Assembly: GCA_918797485.1 (NCBI GenBank)
Contig: CAKKNE010000002.1
Location: 2,170,001-2,234,000 of the forward strand
DNA length: 64,000 nucleotides
Direction of reading: 5' to 3'
Source: Pelagomonas calceolata
Taxonomy: Eukaryota
How positions within the stretch are numbered: the first letter of the stretch is position 1; every line of letters starts with the position of its first letter. Positions 41,374-51,746 of this stretch are shown in pieces. Position numbers and translations under genes: made by a program. The notes under the pieces were generated by a model. The model was not told the DNA's origin. It did not search any database and worked only from the letters and a program-made list of their open reading frames with translations.

Positions 41374-43083
41374 TCAGGACCGCTTCCCGATGAGTCGCAG
41401 GACGAGCGACTGCGCCCCAATAATCAAGCCGACGGCCGGCAGCGGCCCCCACAGCTTGAGGCCCACCGGCAGGTCCCCTAATAGGAGACAGAGCCCGCCC
41501 ACCAGCGCGGCGTAGGGCCCGGCGGTCCGGACGTGGTCGGTCAGCGGCACCCGCGTGGCCAACTGAGTCAATATCGTCGTGTCCGCGATCGGCGAGAAGA
41601 CGTTCCCAAATAAGGAGCCGCCCAACACGCAGCCGAAGCAGTGCGTCAGCAAGCGCTGGTCGCCGCCGCCCAGCTCCCAGGCGAGCGGGCCAATTAACGG
41701 AAACAGGATGCCCATCGTCCCGAAACTGGAACCGGTCGCGAAGGAGATGACGTACGACAGGATCGAGGTGGACGCGGGTAGAGCCCAGGCGGGCAGGCCC
41801 CCCGACGTGAGCGCCGCGGCGATGAAGGAAGCAGTCCCGGTCGACTGGATGATGCCGCCCAGCGCCCACGCCAGCGCCAGCACGATGATCGGTTCGATGA
41901 CCTCCTTCATGCCTTCGACTACTGTGCCCATGGCCGTGTCCAAATCCAGGATCTTCTGCGAGAGTAACAAAGTGAGGGCGGCCGCACAGCCTAACGTAGA
42001 ACCCCACAATAAAGCAAGCACGGAATCGCCCTTGGCCAAGGCCTGCATGACCGTTACGCGGCCCACGTGGCCCGAGGCCTTCACGGCTTTTCGTCCATCG
42101 AGGATCATCCCACCGAGCGTCGCGCCAATAATAGTACCAAAGGGCACCAAAGCGTTGACCGCCCTTAATGGCGTTGACGGCGAAGGCTCCATGGCGCCCA
42201 TGTCCGGCGCAGCGTCACCATCATCTTCAGTTGTTGTTGTTGTTTCCCGTTCGCTCTTCACGACCGCGTCGCGCATCGGCCCGAAGTCCCTTCCTGTGGT
42301 AACCGTGGCCGCCACAAAGGCCAGCAAACAGAGCGGAAAGAAGCGGTAGGGCAACGTGCCGAGCGTGAGCACGAAGGGGCTCGGGAGCTTGCCCGCGGGG
42401 ACGCCCGCCGTGGCGGTCGACACCATGCCCACCTGCTGGCCGATCCAAGACGACACGGGCGACGACGCGGAGACGCAGACGGCCACGAAATGCAACAACC
42501 CGGCGAACTTCTCCTTGCAGACTCGTAACGCTGGGAGTAGAGGTCGGAACGAGTTGCCCACAATCAATATAGAGGCGTAGTCGTCGAAGAAGATCAATCC
42601 GGCCAACGCGCAGGCCGTCGCGAGGCAGCTCCTTGCATCTTTAGCGAAGCGCTTGAGGGACGCGGCCAAACCCTGGGCGCCGCCGCCTTTTTGCACTAAT
42701 CCTATGGTGGCACCTAATATAAGATTGAAGAGGATGACCGTCGCGTGCTCCCTGTCTACGACCGCATTAACAATGTGCGTGTCCAGAGTCTTGAGGAGTG
42801 CCACCAAGGGGTTCAGGTCGTAGAGGAGTAAACAACCGGACCAGATGCCCACCAACAGAGCGGGCGTGACTTGTTTCGTGGCTAATGCAAACGACAGCGT
42901 CGTGACCGGCGGTAATAAGGACAGCGGGCCGCCGAGGCCCACGCCGCCGCCCCTCAGAGCGAGCGCCGCGGGGCTCGCGGCCGCGACCGGAGCGCGTCGT
43001 TGCTGAAAGCGCGGCGGTTTCGCGAGGGGCGGCGCCGCGAAGGATGTGGCGCCGACAGCGAGCAGGAAGATGGACGAGCGCAT
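41374..43083 (-). CDS. NhaC-family Na+/H+ antiporter-like transporter, plastid-targeted
   Basis: IFFDDYASILIVGNSFRP, PVSSW, ISFATGSSFGTMGIL, FSPIADTTIL; presequence MRSSIFLLAVGATSFAAP. Confidence 0.85.
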   Translation of the reverse strand: MRSSIFLLAVGATSFAAPPLAKPPRFQQRRAPVAAASPAALALRGGGVGLGGPLSLLPPVTTLSFALATKQVTPALLVGIWSGCLLLYDLNPLVALLKTLDTHIVNAVVDREHATVILFNLILGATIGLVQKGGGAQGLAASLKRFAKDARSCLATACALAGLIFFDDYASILIVGNSFRPLLPALRVCKEKFAGLLHFVAVCVSASSPVSSWIGQQVGMVSTATAGVPAGKLPSPFVLTLGTLPYRFFPLCLLAFVAATVTTGRDFGPMRDAVVKSERETTTTTEDDGDAAPDMGAMEPSPSTPLRAVNALVPFGTIIGATLGGMILDGRKAVKASGHVGRVTVMQALAKGDSVLALLWGSTLGCAAALTLLLSQKILDLDTAMGTVVEGMKEVIEPIIVLALAWALGGIIQSTGTASFIAAALTSGGLPAWALPASTSILSYVISFATGSSFGTMGILFPLIGPLAWELGGGDQRLLTHCFGCVLGGSLFGNVFSPIADTTILTQLATRVPLTDHVRTAGPYAALVGGLCLLLGDLPVGLKLWGPLPAVGLIIGAQSLVLRLIGKRS

Positions 43084-43564
43084 GATGGTGCTTTGTGCTG
43101 CACTGCCTTCGCCGGAGAGCACTGCTTGTTTGAATTGTGTGCAAAGCGGGCTGGCGCAAATGGTTCGCAAGGCTTTGTTTGCAGAAATGACGTACAATCC
43201 AGAACGTAGCGGTTGCCAGCGGCAGTAATCACGTGTTCGCGCGAAGCCCCTCGCCACACTGCACAGTCTCTGGTGAGCGTGAGTGCCGCCGAGCCAAATT
43301 AGCACCGACGCCTGCCCGAGAGGCTCAGGAAGGGTACGGAGGCCTAGCAGGGCGCCGCTCCGCGGGTGTCGCTGGGGCCCAAATAGGCTTTGGACATCTG
43401 CCATCCAAGCTTGATTAGGCGGCCGCGCGCGCGCAAAAGCCGTAGCCCCGGAGCCCGTCGGCCACCCCGACGCCCGGCGCCACCGCGCCCAATCCCACGG
43501 AAAGGCAGCCCCGCGCCCCGGGCGCCCGCCGCTTCGCAGGAGCCGAAACCACACCAGTAGCAAT

Positions 43565-44029
43565 ATGGCCGACGGCACGCGCGGCGCGAAGCGCGTCGCG
43601 GCCACGCTGGGCCCTGAGCAGGGCCGCGAGCCCGACGAGCTCGAGCGCCTCGTGGCGGGCACGCTCCAGGGCCTGGTGGCGGCCGCGCCGGAGGCCGCCG
43701 GGGGCGTGAGCTGGGTGAATCCCAAGCAGAGCGCGCGCGTTGTCAAGAGGAGACGCGCGAGGTTGAAATTCAAGGGCATGGAGAAGAGCACGCGGGCCCG
43801 CGCCGACTACGCGTATGAATCGCGCCACCGCCACGCTTGCAACCGCCAGCGCGACGCGAACGGACGCTTCCCCGCGCGCAAGAAGAAGGACGCCGCGGCT
43901 CCCGCGCCCGCCGCGCCGCCTGCGCCGGCGCCGCCCGCGCCGCCCGCGCCCGCCGCGCCCGCGGCCGCTGCGCCCGCGCCCGTGCCCGCCGCGCCCGTCG
44001 CGCCTCCGCTGGCACCGACTGCGGTGTGA
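43565..44029 (+). CDS. CCAAT-binding factor subunit NF-YA/HAP2-like
   Basis: WVNPKQSARVVKRRRAR..YAYESRHRHACNRQRDANGRF. Confidence 0.85.
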   Translation: MADGTRGAKRVAATLGPEQGREPDELERLVAGTLQGLVAAAPEAAGGVSWVNPKQSARVVKRRRARLKFKGMEKSTRARADYAYESRHRHACNRQRDANGRFPARKKKDAAAPAPAAPPAPAPPAPPAPAAPAAAAPAPVPAAPVAPPLAPTAV

Positions 44030-44254
44030 TAACGCATTCATTTTGTGACTCTGCCTACATTGTCACCGCAGTCTACTGATTGCTTGCTTGCTGAGGCTGA
44101 GGCTAGTTACGTCGCAGGGTTCCCCGTACCCCTCCCGCTCCCCCCGGGCCCACCCGTCCGGCTGGACTAGGACGCAAGGGCCGAGTCGCATGGACTCGCA
44201 CGCCCCCCCTTTTTTGGGACGACCCCCGTCAGGATGCTTGCTTGCTAGGGATGC

Positions 44255-44277
44255 CTAGTGTCTTACAGGCCGCTAGC
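44255..44277 (-). promoter_or_regulatory. 24-bp element (23 nt perfect)
   Basis: ctagtgtcttacaggccgctagc upstream of 44477(+). Confidence 0.75.
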
Positions 44278-44476
44278 TCGGCTTTTTTGGCTTTCACTCG
44301 GGACGACACAGCGGCCATCTCTGGCTCATTTTAGGCAAACGTCCTTGATGAGGTGAACAATTCATCACGGAACCTCCCAGATTGTAGCAATTGTGCCCGC
44401 GGGGCGAGAATCTAGAGCCGAGAGCAATTGAGGCCAGTTTTATATCCGCCGCTCCTGACAAACCGCTCTAACGACG

Positions 44477-45260
44477 ATGCTCCCGGCCCTAGCGATCGCG
44501 TTCGCCGCGACCGCCGCGACCGCCACCGAAACCGAATCAAGGAGGCGAGCGCTCGCGGCGGGCGGAACGAGGACGCAACGCATCACATCGTTCCTGCCCT
44601 TCGTGAACGTCGACGGCGAGGCCTTTTACGGCCAGCGCCAGCTCGCCATCGTCGCCGCGATGGCGATACGGGACTTTAATGCGCGCGACGGCCACCTCGT
44701 GCCGCGATTCGCCGCGCTTGACGAGCCCTGCGACGTCGAGCTCGAGATCCAGTTCTATGCGCGACGGCGCGTCGTCACGAGCCCTCGTGGGCATTCTAGC
44801 GCTCGACCGGGCGGTTGGGGCCACGGTCGCGGACGAGTCGCGCGTCGGGAATTTCTCGCGCGGAGACGAAGCTTACTTCTGGCAGAAGCTCGGGCGAGCG
44901 CTGCCAGGCGTCCTCGACTTTACGCTGGCCGCCTCGCGGGAGCAGCGCGCACAATTGGCGGCCGCGCTTAGAAACGTCGCCGCTTTCGACCACCACCGGC
45001 GCGCCGTCGGCGCGCGGCCCATCGCCGTCGCGATCGTCGAGCCGATCGACTGGGCGTCGCTGCTGCGGTACTCCATCTTCGCGTCGCGCCGCGACCTGAA
45101 CGTGTTGCGCGGCGTCGTCGACGGGATGGTGAGAGCTGACCCGCGCCTCCGCCGCGAGGCGGAGAACGTCCGGGCCCCCATCCGTGTGGCCACACGGATC
45201 CAACGGGCCTGGCGGGCGCGACGGGCGGCGAAAGGAGACGCGCCGTCGTCGTCCCCATAG
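44477..45260 (+). pseudogene. chimeric or fragmentary gene: receptor-like N-terminus plus IQ-motif C-terminus in another frame
   Basis: signal peptide and AMAIRDFNARDG..CDVELEIQFY, then a frame change to ..VATRIQRAWRARR; no convincing in-frame intron. Confidence 0.4.
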
Positions 45261-45318
45261 TCTTGGTGTGTATACTACTTGTTTCTTGGACCCGTGTGAG
45301 AGAGAAGACGTCGTTCAA

Positions 45319-45368
45319 GTGCGACTTGCAGCTAGTGGCGTGCGACTTGCAGCTAATGGCGTGCGACT
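45319..45368. repeat. 21-bp tandem repeat, about 2.4 copies
   Basis: gtgcgacttgcagcta(g/a)tggc repeated. Confidence 0.8.
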
Positions 45369-45451
45369 GTGTGTTAGTGTGTATATGACTTAGGGCACCA
45401 GATTATTTTTTTTCCGGTGGCTCGAACTCGATTGCCAGGAACGCCCGTAAT

Positions 45452-46999
45452 ATGGCGCGCCTGTGCGTCATACTTGGCGTGTGCATTGCAGGTGTCTCAG
45501 CAGAAGATAATGCAACACTTCCTGTTGCAACGACGCAGCCGCATGCATCTCTGCCCCGCATCCCCGAGGAGGCTCAGCGGCTGGAATCGATCGTCGAGCC
45601 GCCTCAGCGCAGCGAATCGATCGTCGACTTGCCTCTAGAACCACCACCACCGCCCGAGCCGAAGCGCACGCACGCACCGGAGCCGAAGCGCACGACGCCG
45701 CCGCGGCCGGCCGAGCCCGTCGAGGGCGCCTGGTCGTGCGCCCGCCGCGCAGCGCTGCCGACGACGATCCGGCTGTTCCTGCGAGCCGTCGGCGCGCCCC
45801 AAAACTGGCGCGACGCCGCGGCGCGCTACGTCCAACCTATCGAGGGCCCCTGGACGTGGCGAATCGCCGACCACCGGCCGCCCGTCTTGCTCGTGCGCGC
45901 GGCGACCGGCAAGGTCTCGCGCGTGGCCTGCGCTTCTGATGATCGCTGCGCCCGCTTCTTCACCGAGACAAGTGGCGGCTGGCGGTTCCAGGCCACCGAA
46001 CCCGTGTGCGTGCGCGGCGCGGCGCTCGACGCCAGCGACGAGCCACCTCATGGGTGGGCGCGCGGCGCCGGGGGCGCCCTACTATTCATACAAGCGTCGG
46101 CGCTCGCTTCGACGAAGCGGTCGCGCGCGGTCGTCGGCGCTGTGACGGCCGCGGCCCTCGCCGCGCATTACGCGGACGCGACTTCATCAGTATCAATACC
46201 GATCACCTGGCAGCGCGGCGTCTCAGGTGTCATCTGCGCCTTCCTGAGCCTGCGCTGCGTGCCCGTGTCCGCGATCGTCGCGCTGCTGGCGCTGGCCGCC
46301 GCCGCCGTTTACTTGGCAAGGAGCGCGCCCGCGAGCCTCTGGACCGCCTGGCCGCTCAAGCTGCACCCGGAAAATTTGGAGGACCTCGTCCGCGTCGAGA
46401 TCGGCACGTCGTCGGGTCTGATACTCGTCGTGTCCGCCGCGGGCCGGCGCCTCGCGTCGTCTTTGTTGGTCGCCGCCGCGGCCGCGGTCGGCGCGCGCGC
46501 CCTCGCGGGCGCAGACGACGAGGAGGAGGAGGAGGACGACGCGGTCTACGATGGGTTGCGGGGCTTCTTCGTGCCCGTGTCCCGGCCGCCGACCGACGAC
46601 AGAGTCGGTAATGTATTAGACGGCCTCGCGTGCGCCGCGACCGCGGCGGCGGCGCGCCTCGCGGGCCTCGCGCTCGTCGCGACCTGTAGTGACGACCCGC
46701 GCCGCAACAGCCAACTACTCGTCGCCGTCGTGTTTGGCTGGCCGCTCCTCGCGTGGCTCGCGTCGATAGTACAGCGCTTGCAAGAGCACCGCCGGACAAA
46801 GCGGCGCTTCTGCTCGCCCGGCGCCTCGACGAACGCGACGCGCTACTACCTCGAGCTCCTCCGCCAGTATTTGGTCAGGAACCGGGCCGAGCTTGGCAAG
46901 CTCGCGCCGCATCCGGCGACGTCTCATCAAAGGGACGCGGAGATCGAGCGTTTTGTGGCGTCGGGCCAGTCGCTCCACAGTTATCGGCTCACCTACTAG
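45452..46999 (+). CDS. hypothetical multi-pass membrane protein with signal peptide
   Basis: 515-aa ATG ORF; signal peptide, Pro-rich linker, several hydrophobic helices. Confidence 0.65.
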   Translation: MARLCVILGVCIAGVSAEDNATLPVATTQPHASLPRIPEEAQRLESIVEPPQRSESIVDLPLEPPPPPEPKRTHAPEPKRTTPPRPAEPVEGAWSCARRAALPTTIRLFLRAVGAPQNWRDAAARYVQPIEGPWTWRIADHRPPVLLVRAATGKVSRVACASDDRCARFFTETSGGWRFQATEPVCVRGAALDASDEPPHGWARGAGGALLFIQASALASTKRSRAVVGAVTAAALAAHYADATSSVSIPITWQRGVSGVICAFLSLRCVPVSAIVALLALAAAAVYLARSAPASLWTAWPLKLHPENLEDLVRVEIGTSSGLILVVSAAGRRLASSLLVAAAAAVGARALAGADDEEEEEDDAVYDGLRGFFVPVSRPPTDDRVGNVLDGLACAATAAAARLAGLALVATCSDDPRRNSQLLVAVVFGWPLLAWLASIVQRLQEHRRTKRRFCSPGASTNATRYYLELLRQYLVRNRAELGKLAPHPATSHQRDAEIERFVASGQSLHSYRLTY

Positions 47000-47025
47000 A
47001 AGTAAGGATTGTTTATACTAGCTAG

Positions 47026-48930
47026 CTAGTTGATCTTCACGCCGTTCGACGCGGCCCACTTGGAGATGATCCGCACCATGTACTCGACCTGGGGGTTCGA
47101 CGTGTTGCGCACCATGGCCAGCACGTCCCGCAGATCCTCCTTGGCGCCCTTGCCCGCCACGACCTGCTGGAACACGCCGACGCACGCGCCGCGCTTGCCC
47201 TCCCAGAACTCCGGGTCCGGGTCCAATCTTTCTAAAACATCAAAGGCCTTGGCCGCATACAAGAACTGGCCCATCCTATAACAGTCGTTCGCGATCAATT
47301 GCAGTAAGTTAAATGATTCGTTGGACGTGTCCATTTTCAAATACAACTCCCAGGCGTTCTTCGGCTGGCCGTTCATGACGAAGCACCGCGCCAGCCAACT
47401 GACGTAGCAGTACTCGGCCTTGTAGCGCTCGTTCTGGACTAACAGCAAGGCCTCCTCCGCGCCTTTGTAATTCCCCGTCTGGGCTAGACTTATCCCATGG
47501 TTCCAATTGAAGTCGTCGTCGCCGTACATGTAGGCCTTGATCGAATTCAAGTAAATATTCACGTCCTCGAACTGTTTGAGTAGGAAGAAGCAGGACGCCA
47601 TGCACTGCCGTCCGGGGATCGTGTCGCACTCCGACGCCGACGCTCCCACCAGCTGGAAGAACTGCTGCGCCATCTTCACGTGCTCTCTCGAACCCAATGC
47701 TTGGCCCACCGAAGCGTTGACGACTCCCTTCAGAATGTACTCTTGGGGCGTCGACGGTTCGACGTCCTTGATGAGCTCGTGGGCCTCCTGCATGCCGTCG
47801 TGGCGGAAATGGTAGATGACGAGGTTCAAACGAGCTTCCGGAACAAAGTCCGCGAGCCTCGGTAGTACCTGTAACGCCCCTTCGCCCTGCGAGAAGACCA
47901 CTCGATTATGTCTGATGAGATCATTGGAACCCAGAGCGTGGCCCTGGTCCTGCAACACCTTGAGTTCCGCCTCGGCCGCTTTCCCGTTATACAACCGGAA
48001 GTGGTTGCAGGCCTTCAAGTTGACGGCTATTGCGCTATCAGGATGCGCTTGTAAGTACACGGCTAAGATCTCCAACGAAACATCATAATAATCAAGCTTG
48101 TAGTAGCACATCGCGACATAGACGTTCAACGCTAAGTCATCGCGATTCTCCAACAGTAATCTTTTATAGATATCGGTCGCTTCCTGGAAATGCGATCGCA
48201 AGTAATGAATGGCCGCTAAGGATAACTGGTCCTCGTTCGCATCCGTCAAGTCCTGGTGGCGCTGCATGAGTTTGTCTTGATCATCTCTCTTATGCGCGCA
48301 GTGGAAGAGCAGCCTATTCCGCAGAGCCCGTTCCGCGTCCTGCCGCGCGCCGTCCTTCCCGCGCACGTCGTCCTCGATCTTCTTCAGTAACTCGTCGTCC
48401 GACAACAGCCCCAAACCGCCCTTCTGGCCCAGCTCCTCCTGCAATTGTTTCCGCTTCGCGTTCATGGCCGCGGGCGTCTGCGCGTCGCGGATCCTCCGCT
48501 CTAGGTCACTACCGGCAGAATCGTACTTCTCGACTTCTTTTTCTGCTTCTTCGTAGGACTGCATGTAGAACAGGCAGCACGCGGCGTAGAGGTGGACCTC
48601 CCGGGGCGGCTTCTCCTCAGCCTCCTTCCCTTCATCTTTCCCTTCGCCCCGCCTCAACGAGGAAGACATCGTACCACTGAGAATCTCCTCGTAGGCCTCG
48701 TGGGCCCGCTGGTAGTTGCCCGCGTGGCACGCGCAGTAGCCCACCCAAAGCAACGCGTCGCGCTGCTCCTCGGGCGACGCTCCCTTCCTGTTAAATTCGA
48801 GTAAAGCTAACGCGCCCGTGTAGTCGCGCTTCTTGATGTACTCGTCGAGCCGCGTGAGCTTGGCCGACCGCGACTCGGGCTGCTTGTGCTTGCCGCCTCG
48901 CAAGCGCCCGGGCTGGCGGGACATGAGCAT
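47026..48930 (-). CDS. IFT56: intraflagellar transport protein 56 (TTC26/DYF-13)
   Basis: [68 protein letters not shown]. Confidence 0.95.
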   Translation of the reverse strand: MLMSRQPGRLRGGKHKQPESRSAKLTRLDEYIKKRDYTGALALLEFNRKGASPEEQRDALLWVGYCACHAGNYQRAHEAYEEILSGTMSSSLRRGEGKDEGKEAEEKPPREVHLYAACCLFYMQSYEEAEKEVEKYDSAGSDLERRIRDAQTPAAMNAKRKQLQEELGQKGGLGLLSDDELLKKIEDDVRGKDGARQDAERALRNRLLFHCAHKRDDQDKLMQRHQDLTDANEDQLSLAAIHYLRSHFQEATDIYKRLLLENRDDLALNVYVAMCYYKLDYYDVSLEILAVYLQAHPDSAIAVNLKACNHFRLYNGKAAEAELKVLQDQGHALGSNDLIRHNRVVFSQGEGALQVLPRLADFVPEARLNLVIYHFRHDGMQEAHELIKDVEPSTPQEYILKGVVNASVGQALGSREHVKMAQQFFQLVGASASECDTIPGRQCMASCFFLLKQFEDVNIYLNSIKAYMYGDDDFNWNHGISLAQTGNYKGAEEALLLVQNERYKAEYCYVSWLARCFVMNGQPKNAWELYLKMDTSNESFNLLQLIANDCYRMGQFLYAAKAFDVLERLDPDPEFWEGKRGACVGVFQQVVAGKGAKEDLRDVLAMVRNTSNPQVEYMVRIISKWAASNGVKIN

Positions 48931-49073
48931 GGTGCTTGAGGGGCTGCCCCGCGCGGAGGCGGTGGCGGGCGGTGGTCTGGCTCTCGCTGGTCCGACGACG
49001 GCGGCCGCGGGCTTCGTCCGGGGCGGCGCGGGCCCGGCCAATACAAACCCTGCCCAGCACTGGCCGAGACGAG

Positions 49074-49084
49074 GCTAGTGTCTT
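49074..49084 (-). promoter_or_regulatory. half-site of the 24-bp element
   Basis: gctagtgtctt in the divergent gap 48930(-)/49267(+). Confidence 0.45.
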
Positions 49085-49266
49085 CTACCCCGACCGCGGA
49101 GCGCCCGGCCGCGCGGAGCAGTGCCTCGACAGGTCGCTGGGACTCGGTCTTCGATGCGCACGCGCGCTTCGGTGAACGCAGCGCGCGGGGCCCCAGCGTA
49201 GCGGCGAAATCATCGTGTCGTCGCGGCAGCCTTCCAGCACGTTTCACGCTAAGCGGGCAGCGATCG

Positions 49267-50196
49267 ATGGCTGCCCTCACGAAAAATGGCTGGTGCGAGC
49301 CCACGCGGGACGACGAGACGACTAGTGGAGAGCCACCAGCTGTAGGGCTCGTCGAAGCCCTCGTCAACGCGCCGGCGCGCGGCGCCGTCGCGCGCCAGGC
49401 GCTGCCAGCGACCGCGCGGACCTGGACCGGCGCCGTCGCGCGCGCCGCGACGCGGAAGATCCTGACGTTCTACCCGTCGACGAGCGATTCGATGACGGCC
49501 TTCTCGCGCCAGAAGTGCCACGAGACGCGCGCGGCCATCAAGCCCTCGCTCCCGTTCCTGGAGTGGCTTGCATCGTCGAGCAGTCCCGGCTGGCAGCTGC
49601 GCGGCGACCTGGACCTGGGCGACGAGGAGCTGGGCGCCATTCTCGGGGAGGAGCTGCGGCGAAAGTTGCGGGTGACCTCGACCTCGCTGTGGTCCGGGAG
49701 CGGCGGCTCGCGGACGCCCTTACATAGGGACGATGTCTCCGCGTTGGTCTTCCAGTGTGTGGGCCGAAAAAGGTTCTTCCTGGTCGCCGAGAAGGATGTG
49801 GAAGAAGCGGTCGCAAAGGGAAAGCTCCCCTCCGCGGTGCTGGAGGGCGGCTCGGAGAGTCATTGTCAGGATGGCTCTTTGGAGGACGTCTTCGGGCTGC
49901 ACGAGGCGGAGCCGACGTCCGCGCGGGGCGAGCTCGCCGTCCTGGACGAGGGCGACTGCCTCGTCCTGCCGGCGGGCCTCTACCACGACGTCGAGTCGAG
50001 CGACGGTCCCTCGATGAGTTTGACCATCCGTTTCGAGATCATTGACGAGGCAGAGGAGGAGCCCGCCATCGACCTGAAGAAGCTGTCGATGGCTGGCAAT
50101 TCAGACCTCAAGAAGTTCATGATGCGCCTCGCGCTGAAGAAGGCGATGGCGGCGAAGCGGCAGGAGCCGGCGCCCGTCGAGATCGAGACGCGATGA
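49267..50196 (+). CDS. JmjC/cupin-like domain protein
   Basis: LWSG..SRTPLHRD..QCVGRKRF..LDEGDCLVLPAGLYHDVES. Confidence 0.85.
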   Translation: MAALTKNGWCEPTRDDETTSGEPPAVGLVEALVNAPARGAVARQALPATARTWTGAVARAATRKILTFYPSTSDSMTAFSRQKCHETRAAIKPSLPFLEWLASSSSPGWQLRGDLDLGDEELGAILGEELRRKLRVTSTSLWSGSGGSRTPLHRDDVSALVFQCVGRKRFFLVAEKDVEEAVAKGKLPSAVLEGGSESHCQDGSLEDVFGLHEAEPTSARGELAVLDEGDCLVLPAGLYHDVESSDGPSMSLTIRFEIIDEAEEEPAIDLKKLSMAGNSDLKKFMMRLALKKAMAAKRQEPAPVEIETR

Positions 50197-50244
50197 GTTC
50201 CCTTCCAACGCGTCTGTCACACTTAACATGTTATCTATCTAAAT

Positions 50245-50287
50245 TCGACCTCCACGCCGTCGACGCGACGCCTGCCCGGTGGCGTGG
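50245..50287. mobile_element. introner internal-sequence remnant in a convergent 3' region
   Basis: tcgacctccacgccgtcgacgcgacgcctgcccggtggcgtgg is close to the reverse complement of 41040-41082. Confidence 0.65.
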
Positions 50288-50309
50288 GGGTGCCAGCACG
50301 GTCACGCCA

Positions 50310-51572
50310 TCAAATCGTATGGCTCCGCTGCCGGTCGATGGGTAGCGGCGACGCGGGCCGCGGGAGCGGCACGGGCACGAGCTCCTTGTAGGCGAGCGTT
50401 CCGTAGACCAATAGGGCAAAGCCGAGCAATTCCAGGAACGACCAGCCCGTCCAGCGTTCGCCCGCGCTGGCATCGTGGAACGCGTAGTACAAAACGAGCG
50501 ACGTGAGCCAGACGCCCAGCGTGCGGCAGCTCTCCAGGATGCTCCGCATGACCGCGGACAGCTGCTTCGTCACCATATTTCCGACTAGATTGTAGAGCAG
50601 CAGGGCGAGCGCCGACGCGAGCGTGAGGGCGATCAGATCGCCCGAATGGGCCAATTGGTCAAACGTCTCGGCGAAGTCCTCATGCCAGAGCGCCGCCGCC
50701 GCGACGTCCGAGTCCGGCGTCAGCGACAGGACTGGAGCCAGAGCGACGAAGTAGAGGACGCCCCAGAGGCCCTCCCAGCCGACGAGGACGACGGGCGACA
50801 GGCCCCGTTCCACCATGAGATGTTCTTCGAGGCAGAACTGAAGGGCGCCGACCGCCTGGCCGACGACGATGAGGCCGAGGCCCAGGACGTAGGAGCCCAG
50901 GGACGTGTGCCCCTTTTCGCCGAAGCGGCCCGCGACGCCCACCAGCGCCACGGCGGCGCAGACGACGGCGACGGCGACGTAGTGGTGCGGCCGCAGCTTT
51001 TGCTTGAGCCAGCGCACGCTTAGGATACAGGTAAAGACCACGACGCTGCCGCGCGTCATCTGGTACGTCGAGGATGAGACAAAAAGTAGACCCGCCTGGG
51101 CAAGGGCCGTTTGCAATAAATCGGTGAACGCCGGCGCCGCGACGGCGAGAATGGCCGACCGGTCCGGCGTTTGACGAGGTGCTTCGTTGGCGAGCAGCGC
51201 CTCGGCAAGCTCGCCCGTCGGTTTCCGTCGGCATCTTCGCGCGACCCAGGCTATCAACAAGCACGTCGACATCGCGACCTTCATGACCAGGGTCTGGAAG
51301 TACGGCTTCGTGAAGGGGCACCTCCTCGTGATGCGGTCGTCGTAGTGGCAATGTTCGAAGCCCCGACTTCGCACCTCGTACTGGAGCTTGCTCGTGATCG
51401 TCGAGGCCGTGCCGCACACGACGATGAGGACACTCAGCAGCAGCGGTCCGGCGACGCAGCCGAGCTCTTCCTCGGAGTCCTCCGTGCAGGCGCCGCAGCA
51501 CAATGTTTTTGGCGTTCTTGGCGCCTCGGAATCGCTACGAGAGTCATCTTCCTCGATAAGAATGCCCTCCAT
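50310..51572 (-). CDS. SLC35F6-like (DMT) transporter
   Basis: FTKPYFQTLVM, PAFTDL, SSTYQMTRGSVVVFT, VGWEGLWG, VTKQLSAVMRSILESCRT. Confidence 0.9.
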   Translation of the reverse strand: MEGILIEEDDSRSDSEAPRTPKTLCCGACTEDSEEELGCVAGPLLLSVLIVVCGTASTITSKLQYEVRSRGFEHCHYDDRITRRCPFTKPYFQTLVMKVAMSTCLLIAWVARRCRRKPTGELAEALLANEAPRQTPDRSAILAVAAPAFTDLLQTALAQAGLLFVSSSTYQMTRGSVVVFTCILSVRWLKQKLRPHHYVAVAVVCAAVALVGVAGRFGEKGHTSLGSYVLGLGLIVVGQAVGALQFCLEEHLMVERGLSPVVLVGWEGLWGVLYFVALAPVLSLTPDSDVAAAALWHEDFAETFDQLAHSGDLIALTLASALALLLYNLVGNMVTKQLSAVMRSILESCRTLGVWLTSLVLYYAFHDASAGERWTGWSFLELLGFALLVYGTLAYKELVPVPLPRPASPLPIDRQRSHTI

Positions 51573-51645
51573 TTGTGCGAAAAGCACGCCTTAGCGTCTA
51601 GTTGTGGCGTAAGGCCGTTGTTCGCGGTGCGGCCCTGGCAGACTT

Positions 51646-51669
51646 GCTAGTGTGTTACAGCACGATAGG
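51646..51669 (-). promoter_or_regulatory. 24-bp element (variant)
   Basis: gctagtgtgttacagcacgatagg in the divergent gap. Confidence 0.65.
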
Positions 51670-51746
51670 TCGTAAAAAGGGCTGAAGGTGCGCCGCGCAC
51701 GAGCTCGGGCAAATCGCCATGAATGATTCTCCGCAACTCGCCACGC

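Noticed and set aside
43084..43791. N-terminal 235 aa of the 805-aa ORF
   Set aside because: Spans a promoter and is antisense to NF-YA; ATG 43083 gives a clean signal peptide
43900..44010. GC-rich repeat as a non-coding element
   Set aside because: It encodes the Ala/Pro tail of NF-YA
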